Shown here in pieces: positions 58,825 through 64,000 of a DNA stretch of 64,000 nt. Made by a program: the position numbers and the translations under genes. The stretch is from positions 6,030 to 70,029 of the forward strand of contig JANMUE010000446.1 in the NCBI GenBank assembly GCA_031391205.1. Direction: 5' to 3'. A model generated the notes under the pieces. It was not told the origin of the DNA. It did no database searches and saw nothing but the letters and a program-made list of their open reading frames with translations. The stretch comes from Lysobacterales bacterium. Its GTDB lineage: Bacteria; Pseudomonadota; Gammaproteobacteria; Xanthomonadales; Ahniellaceae. Numbering within the stretch: the first letter of the stretch is position 1; each line of letters opens with the position of its first letter.

Positions 58825-61800
58825 ATGAGCCTGCGACGCGGAATGCATGCACTGGCCTGGTTCGGATTATGCCTGTCATCGTCGCAGACGCAGGCGACTG
58901 ATGTCAGTGGCGAGATCATCGCTGATGCGACCTGGGGTGTCGCTGCGTCGCCTTACAACGTCACGGCGTCGGTTCGCGTCAGCAACGGTGCTCGGTTGAC
59001 CATTGAGCCAGGCGTGGTGGTCTACATGGCTCCGGGCACATCGTTCCTGGCTGAGGGCGGGCACATCTCCGCTCTGGGCACGCCGGCCAACCGGATCGTC
59101 TTTACTTCGGTTCGAGATCAAGCGGGCGCTTCCCCCAGCGCCGCTCCTGGTGACTGGCAGGCATTGCGAATTGCCTACGGCAATGGAGCCCAAACCACTT
59201 CATTGGCAAACGTCAGCGTGCGCTACGGCCAGGGGCTGGTTCTTGTCGAGGCTTCGCCCACTTTTCAGTCGCTGGCGATGGAACACAACGCCGGACCGGC
59301 CATTTCCATGGATCTTCAGTCATCGCCGCAGGGAACCGGTCTTACTGCGTTGGGCAATCTGGTCAATGGCATTGCAGTGCCGGCCGGCGAAATGCTGGCG
59401 CGGACTCGATGGGCATTGGTCGGGATTCCCTATGTTGTTTCTGATGGCATATTGCATATCGGCGCTCGTCCTTCACCGTTAACGCTGGAGCCGGGATATC
59501 GCTACCTTGAGCCTGGCGAAAGCAGTGAATTCCTGCTCTCGGTGCCAGAACCGGTGACGGCAAACACCGAGATTTCACTGACTTCATCTGAACCCGCGGT
59601 CGCCAGCGTAGGCGCCAGCGTCGTCATTCCAGCTGGCGCGTTTTCGGTGTCGGTCACAGTGCAAGCCTTGACCGGCGGGGACACTACGATTACTGCGACC
59701 AATGTGGGTGGCGATTCGGCATCCGCTGGGGTGGCGGTGGCACCGCGGCCCACACTGCAAATCTCCCAGTCCCTGTTGAATGTTCCGGTGGGCCGTATCC
59801 GCAATTTGGCTATTTCGCGTGGACCTGCCTCGGCGCTCGCCAGTGCCGCTACGGTCACTCTGTCGTCGGAACCTTCAGGCATCGCGCAACTGCCGGCCAC
59901 CGTTGTCTTCCCGGCTGGCGATGCCGGTGTGACGATTCCGGTAACGGGAATGGCGCCAGGGTCGACACAAGTGGTGGCCAGCGCGATTGGTTACGTGGAC
60001 GCGAGTTCCTCCGTCACGGCAGAACCGTTGAGCATGTCTTGGCCTGCTCAGATCAAAATACCCATTGGCACCGTCATCGCTCGACTGGCGTTTTCAGACG
60101 CAGTCCCCCCTGGGGGCATGACGTTGACGTTGAACAGTTCAGACGCCAGCAGGTTGACCGTTCCCGCAAGTCTTCCTGTGCCTGCGGGTGCGACCGGGAT
60201 CAATGTACCGCTGACCGGCGTCGATGTCGGCTCGGTGACGCTGACTGCGGCAAATGCCAGTTATGGTGAAGCCACTGTCAGTGCCGATGTCGAGCGCCTG
60301 ACCGCATACTTCGACGTTGCCGCGCGCGCGATGCCAGCGGGCTTTACTGAACCCTTCACGGTGGTGCTCTCCAATCCCGCGCCGCAGGGAGGCGTCATCG
60401 TCACTCTGACATCGTCGGACACGGCGGTGGCAAGCCCGGTTCAAGCCAGCGTCAGCATTGCGGCCGGAGCAAGCAGTGCCATCGTCGATGTGCAGGCGCT
60501 GACCGAGGGCAGCGCGACTATCACGACCGGTGGCAGCAATCTGGTCCCGGGTACGCTCGATCTCACGGTGGGACCAGGGGCAACGCTGCACTTCACGCAG
60601 ACCAGCAATATCGTGGGCCGGGGACTCCGATCGCGCGCCGCAATGATTCAGTTGCGCTCAGGTGCGCTGGAGTTCAAGCCGCGCCGAAATGTCGAAATTT
60701 CGATGTCCAATTCCGATGCCGTGGCGGTGACCGTGCCCGCAACGGTGCTGTTGTTTGCCGGATCAAGCGAAGTGGAGCTGACGACGGTGGGTAACGCGCT
60801 CACGACTGCACCGGTCGAGATCAATGCAAGCGCGGCCGGCGCACTCAACACAGACACGCCGTTGCAGGTGGAAGTTGTCGAGTCCGACCTTACGATTCTC
60901 GGTCTGGACAACGTTCGTTCGCCGCAAAGCGGTAGAGACGAATTCCGCTTTCAATGGACAGTCCCTGGCGTCGTCGAACAACAAGTGGCGGCCACCAGCC
61001 AATCGATAGAACTCAGCATCATTGATGCGGCGCCGGCAAACATCGTGGATGGCTTTTATCTCTTTTCCAATTCGGGCGGCCAAGTCGGCACGACGGATAT
61101 GTCGGCTGGCGGCTGGCTAAGCGCTTCGCGCTACGTCGGTGTACCCAATACGTTGGGGACCTACAAGGTCCGTGCCGCGATCGCTGGTCTTGGAGAGTGG
61201 ACGTCGATCGAGCAGCGAAGCGTCGGCCTGAACCTCGCCTTCTCCGAGTCCAATTTTGTATCGGGAAAATTGTTGGAGTCGCGGTTCGTCACCATTCGGC
61301 GACAACAGGGAGGGGATGCATATGCGCCGAATACGCCACTGAACGTGAGCTTGGCGTCATCGGACCCAACCCGTGTCGGCGTAAGTGCAGTCGTCATTCC
61401 CGCCAATGCGTCTGAAGTGGCAGTGCGCATTGTGGGTCAGGGCGTTACCGCCGCCACGCTTGTCAATGCGACAGCGCCTGGTTATGACGGCGCACAACCA
61501 TTGACGATTGCCGTCGTGGAGCCCACATTCGAGTTCGCTGATCTCGATTCTGAACGGGCGCTGGGTTCGCCGCGCGACCAGTTCCGGCTGGTATTCAAGG
61601 TATTGAGTTCCGCAGACATCGACCAGTCGCCGCGATTCGTGACTGCCGACATCGAAGTGATAGACGCCTCTCCGGTGGGCAGTGAGCCGGGCATCTATCG
61701 AACGCTAAGTGGCGGATCGCCCAGCAGCCTGATCGACTACCAATCGATTTGGGGTAGCGTTGTTGGCTTTGTCGACACGCCCAATGCCGTTGGTAGCTAT

Positions 61801-63003
61801 GCGCTGCGTGCGACAGTTCCGGGGCTGAGCAATCCGGTCGTTTCGGCGCAGCAAACCGTCACCGACAATACCTTGAGATTCGATGATGCGACCCTGACCG
61901 TCGGCAAGGGCTTGCGCAAATCGCCTTACCTTCGGCTGCCGGCGCAGCCGACACCGGTTCCGCTGCAGGTCGGCCTGAGTTGTGCTGCCGGCAAATGCGG
62001 CGTCCCGACATCGATCGATATGTACGGAACGGTGTTCGACGTTCCTGTGGTCGGCGCTGATCTGGGGGCGGACACTTTGACTGCCGACTCCGCGCCAAGG
62101 GCATACGGCGCAGCGGCGCTCCCGATCGATGTGGTTCCGCTGACCGGTAGCTTCGGGTTTTATGGTGGTGATGGCGAGTGCCCTGGCGGCTGGTACATCA
62201 CTGTAGGCCCGGGTGTCGCAAATCAGGAGCTAACGGCTGACATCACAATCGTCGACCAGGATCCGGTCGGTATTCTGACTGAATCCTATGTCATCACCAT
62301 CCCGGAAGGGCAGGACAGCAGCAATATCTGTGTGGGTCTGCAACTAGGCACCCCTACGAGTGCAGGCAGCTATCGCCTTCGCGCGACGATCGGCACGGCG
62401 GGCAGTTTTGATTCCGCGGTGATTTCCTCTTCGGCGGTCTTGAATCTCTACGACTACACCATCATTGCGGCGCGCGGACTAAACAGCCTTGTCACTTTGA
62501 ACAGCAGCATCGCCGCGCCAGCGCCGGTCAATGTGAGTGCCAGCTGCGCGCCTGCGAATGTCTGCATTCCGGTCACTCCAGTGATCATCCCGGCCGCCAG
62601 TTCAACAGTCGATTTCAACGTGCTGGGGTCGCAAAATGGCTCCGCGTTGCTGACACTGAGCGCGCCTGGCTATCAAGGGGTAAGCCGCAATGTCGAAGTA
62701 AGGGATCCGGTTCTGGAAGTCTCCGTGGGTCAGGGAAGTGTCCAGGTGGGCCAAGACTTGGCTGTTTTCATCGTCCTGTATCCCTTCGACAGTTATGACG
62801 GCGTGTATGCACCGAGCGCGATGACCTTCACGCTCAACGGCAGCAACGGCAGTGCGTCAGTTCCGCCAACGGTCGAAATTCCTGCCGGCGAGCGCTACGT
62901 GGAGTTCAACGTTCATGGCCTTGCGCCAGGCGACTACAGCTTTTCGGTGCAATGGCCCGGTATCGGCACTTTCAACAGTCAGACCATCACGGTGACGCCA
63001 TGA
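58825..63003 (+). CDS. Giant secreted protein (1392 aa): N-terminal beta-helix-like module plus many Ig-like (Big_2-type) repeats
   Basis: Signal peptide. The N-terminal module reads LTIEPGVVVYMAPGTSF...NRIVFTS...GDWQALRI. More than 10 repeats of about 95 aa end in patterns like TVQALTGGDTTITATNVGG, VTGMAPGSTQVVASAIGY and LTGVDVGSVTLTAANASY. Confidence 0.85.
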   Translation: MSLRRGMHALAWFGLCLSSSQTQATDVSGEIIADATWGVAASPYNVTASVRVSNGARLTIEPGVVVYMAPGTSFLAEGGHISALGTPANRIVFTSVRDQAGASPSAAPGDWQALRIAYGNGAQTTSLANVSVRYGQGLVLVEASPTFQSLAMEHNAGPAISMDLQSSPQGTGLTALGNLVNGIAVPAGEMLARTRWALVGIPYVVSDGILHIGARPSPLTLEPGYRYLEPGESSEFLLSVPEPVTANTEISLTSSEPAVASVGASVVIPAGAFSVSVTVQALTGGDTTITATNVGGDSASAGVAVAPRPTLQISQSLLNVPVGRIRNLAISRGPASALASAATVTLSSEPSGIAQLPATVVFPAGDAGVTIPVTGMAPGSTQVVASAIGYVDASSSVTAEPLSMSWPAQIKIPIGTVIARLAFSDAVPPGGMTLTLNSSDASRLTVPASLPVPAGATGINVPLTGVDVGSVTLTAANASYGEATVSADVERLTAYFDVAARAMPAGFTEPFTVVLSNPAPQGGVIVTLTSSDTAVASPVQASVSIAAGASSAIVDVQALTEGSATITTGGSNLVPGTLDLTVGPGATLHFTQTSNIVGRGLRSRAAMIQLRSGALEFKPRRNVEISMSNSDAVAVTVPATVLLFAGSSEVELTTVGNALTTAPVEINASAAGALNTDTPLQVEVVESDLTILGLDNVRSPQSGRDEFRFQWTVPGVVEQQVAATSQSIELSIIDAAPANIVDGFYLFSNSGGQVGTTDMSAGGWLSASRYVGVPNTLGTYKVRAAIAGLGEWTSIEQRSVGLNLAFSESNFVSGKLLESRFVTIRRQQGGDAYAPNTPLNVSLASSDPTRVGVSAVVIPANASEVAVRIVGQGVTAATLVNATAPGYDGAQPLTIAVVEPTFEFADLDSERALGSPRDQFRLVFKVLSSADIDQSPRFVTADIEVIDASPVGSEPGIYRTLSGGSPSSLIDYQSIWGSVVGFVDTPNAVGSYALRATVPGLSNPVVSAQQTVTDNTLRFDDATLTVGKGLRKSPYLRLPAQPTPVPLQVGLSCAAGKCGVPTSIDMYGTVFDVPVVGADLGADTLTADSAPRAYGAAALPIDVVPLTGSFGFYGGDGECPGGWYITVGPGVANQELTADITIVDQDPVGILTESYVITIPEGQDSSNICVGLQLGTPTSAGSYRLRATIGTAGSFDSAVISSSAVLNLYDYTIIAARGLNSLVTLNSSIAAPAPVNVSASCAPANVCIPVTPVIIPAASSTVDFNVLGSQNGSALLTLSAPGYQGVSRNVEVRDPVLEVSVGQGSVQVGQDLAVFIVLYPFDSYDGVYAPSAMTFTLNGSNGSASVPPTVEIPAGERYVEFNVHGLAPGDYSFSVQWPGIGTFNSQTITVTP

Positions 63004-64000
63004 ACCGCATCGCGTTGCACTTCGGCTTGGTATTGGCTGGACTCACCGTGAGCGAGGCTCTGTGCGCTCAAGCCCTGCAAATCGAGCCCGGTGTCGTCGT
63101 GAAGTTTGCGGCTGATTCTGGCATGGCAGTGCATTCCGAACTGAAGAGCAGTGGTGACGTATTTTTCACCAGTATTCATGACGACGCGTTGAGCGGACAG
63201 ACATTGCCTGCCCCGGGTGTGCCGGCATCGGCGGATTGGTTTGGTGTGCGCATCGATTCAGTCACGGCTGGCAGTGTCAAGATTGATGGCGCGACGATTC
63301 GATATGCCGGCCAGGGCGGGCAGGCGGGACTGGAGTTGCAGTCCAATCAAGCGCTGAATGCGGTAACGGTAACCGACAGCGTGGTTGGTGTTGGCATTCT
63401 GCGCGATGCCAGCCCCGTACTCACCGGCTTGGTACTTCGCAACAATGTTGTGGGCTTACGCTCCGGTTCGGCGCAGCCCCGAGTCACAGGTTCGGAAATT
63501 TACGACAACAGCAGTTACGGCGCGCAAAACCTGACGCCACCGAAAGTGCTGACGGCAACATCGAACTGGTGGGGCGCTGCGACCGGGCCTCTTGACCCTC
63601 TGGACAATCCAAGCGGCCAGGGGAATCGCGTCAGCGCTGGCGTGCTCTACGGTCAATACCTTACCGCGGTCCCGCTGATCGATTGCGTCGTCGTACCCAG
63701 TGACGGCTTCTATACGGTCAATAGCACCAATATTTCGCTGGATACGCGCTGCCGCAATGCGACGGAACTACGACTCAGCGAGTCACAGCTCTTCAGCGGG
63801 GCAAGCTACAGCGCACTTACGCCGAATCGAAGCTTCTCCTTATCGCCGACCGTGGGTATCAAGCGTATCTACGCTCAATTTCGTGGCCCACAGCAGCAAA
63901 CCAAGTTGGCGGTGCTTGAGTTCACCCTGCAAGGCAGCGGTCCGCAGGTGCAGATCACTGCCCCCGGCAATGGCACCATTGTCACCGATCCCACGGCACA
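63000..64000 (+). CDS. Secreted right-handed beta-helix (NosD/CASH-like) protein, partial (runs off the right edge)
   Basis: Own translation from the ATG at 63000 (ATGA overlap with the previous stop): MNRIALHFGLVLAGLTVSEALCAQALQIEPGVVVKFAADSG...DWFGVRI...NWWGAATGPLDPLDNPSGQGNRVS. It stays open to position 64000 and is absent from the ORF track because no stop lies in the window. Confidence 0.8.
   Translation, partial: MNRIALHFGLVLAGLTVSEALCAQALQIEPGVVVKFAADSGMAVHSELKSSGDVFFTSIHDDALSGQTLPAPGVPASADWFGVRIDSVTAGSVKIDGATIRYAGQGGQAGLELQSNQALNAVTVTDSVVGVGILRDASPVLTGLVLRNNVVGLRSGSAQPRVTGSEIYDNSSYGAQNLTPPKVLTATSNWWGAATGPLDPLDNPSGQGNRVSAGVLYGQYLTAVPLIDCVVVPSDGFYTVNSTNISLDTRCRNATELRLSESQLFSGASYSALTPNRSFSLSPTVGIKRIYAQFRGPQQQTKLAVLEFTLQGSGPQVQITAPGNGTIVTDPTA

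Overview
High-GC (judged by eye, not computed) gammaproteobacterial chromosome segment; gene content looks Xanthomonadales-like (inference). No rRNA, tRNA or CRISPR array was found.

Layout, left to right:
- 1-4.7 kb: partial EamA transporter, then a TetR regulator divergent from a MacB-type ABC exporter.
- 5.2-13.1 kb: one tightly packed minus-strand metal operon (His-rich protein, czcC, czcB, czcA, HupE/UreJ, membrane-anchored protein, small secreted protein).
- 13.4-29.4 kb: mosaic accessory island. It holds a MITE-bracketed FG-GAP protein, RES/Xre and DUF433/DUF5615 toxin-antitoxin pairs, and a serine resolvase. It also holds a Tn7-like tnsA-tnsB-tnsC-tniQ module with atypical catalytic motifs and no recognisable ends, orphan genes, an XRE regulator and two pseudogenes.
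- 29.6-36.1 kb: fimT-pilV-pilW-pilX-pilY1-pilE minor-pilin cluster.
- 37.3-39.7 kb: two divergent receiver-only regulators split by a MITE, and a pentapeptide-repeat protein.
- 40.0-48.4 kb: an outer-membrane barrel / FMN-binding / ApbE module next to a TonB-dependent uptake locus with a CbiX-like lipoprotein.
- 48.5-55.3 kb: lower-GC stretch. It contains a 3-gene operon (alpha/beta-hydrolase fusion, kinase-like/TPR protein, unknown protein) bracketed by ~30-bp direct repeats. This is my top candidate for an undescribed conflict-type system.
- 55.7 kb to the right edge: translationally coupled operon of giant secreted Ig-like/beta-helix proteins.

A ~135-bp MITE-like element occurs four times. 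Many long ORFs in the supplied track are antisense or off-frame artefacts of high GC and are not called.
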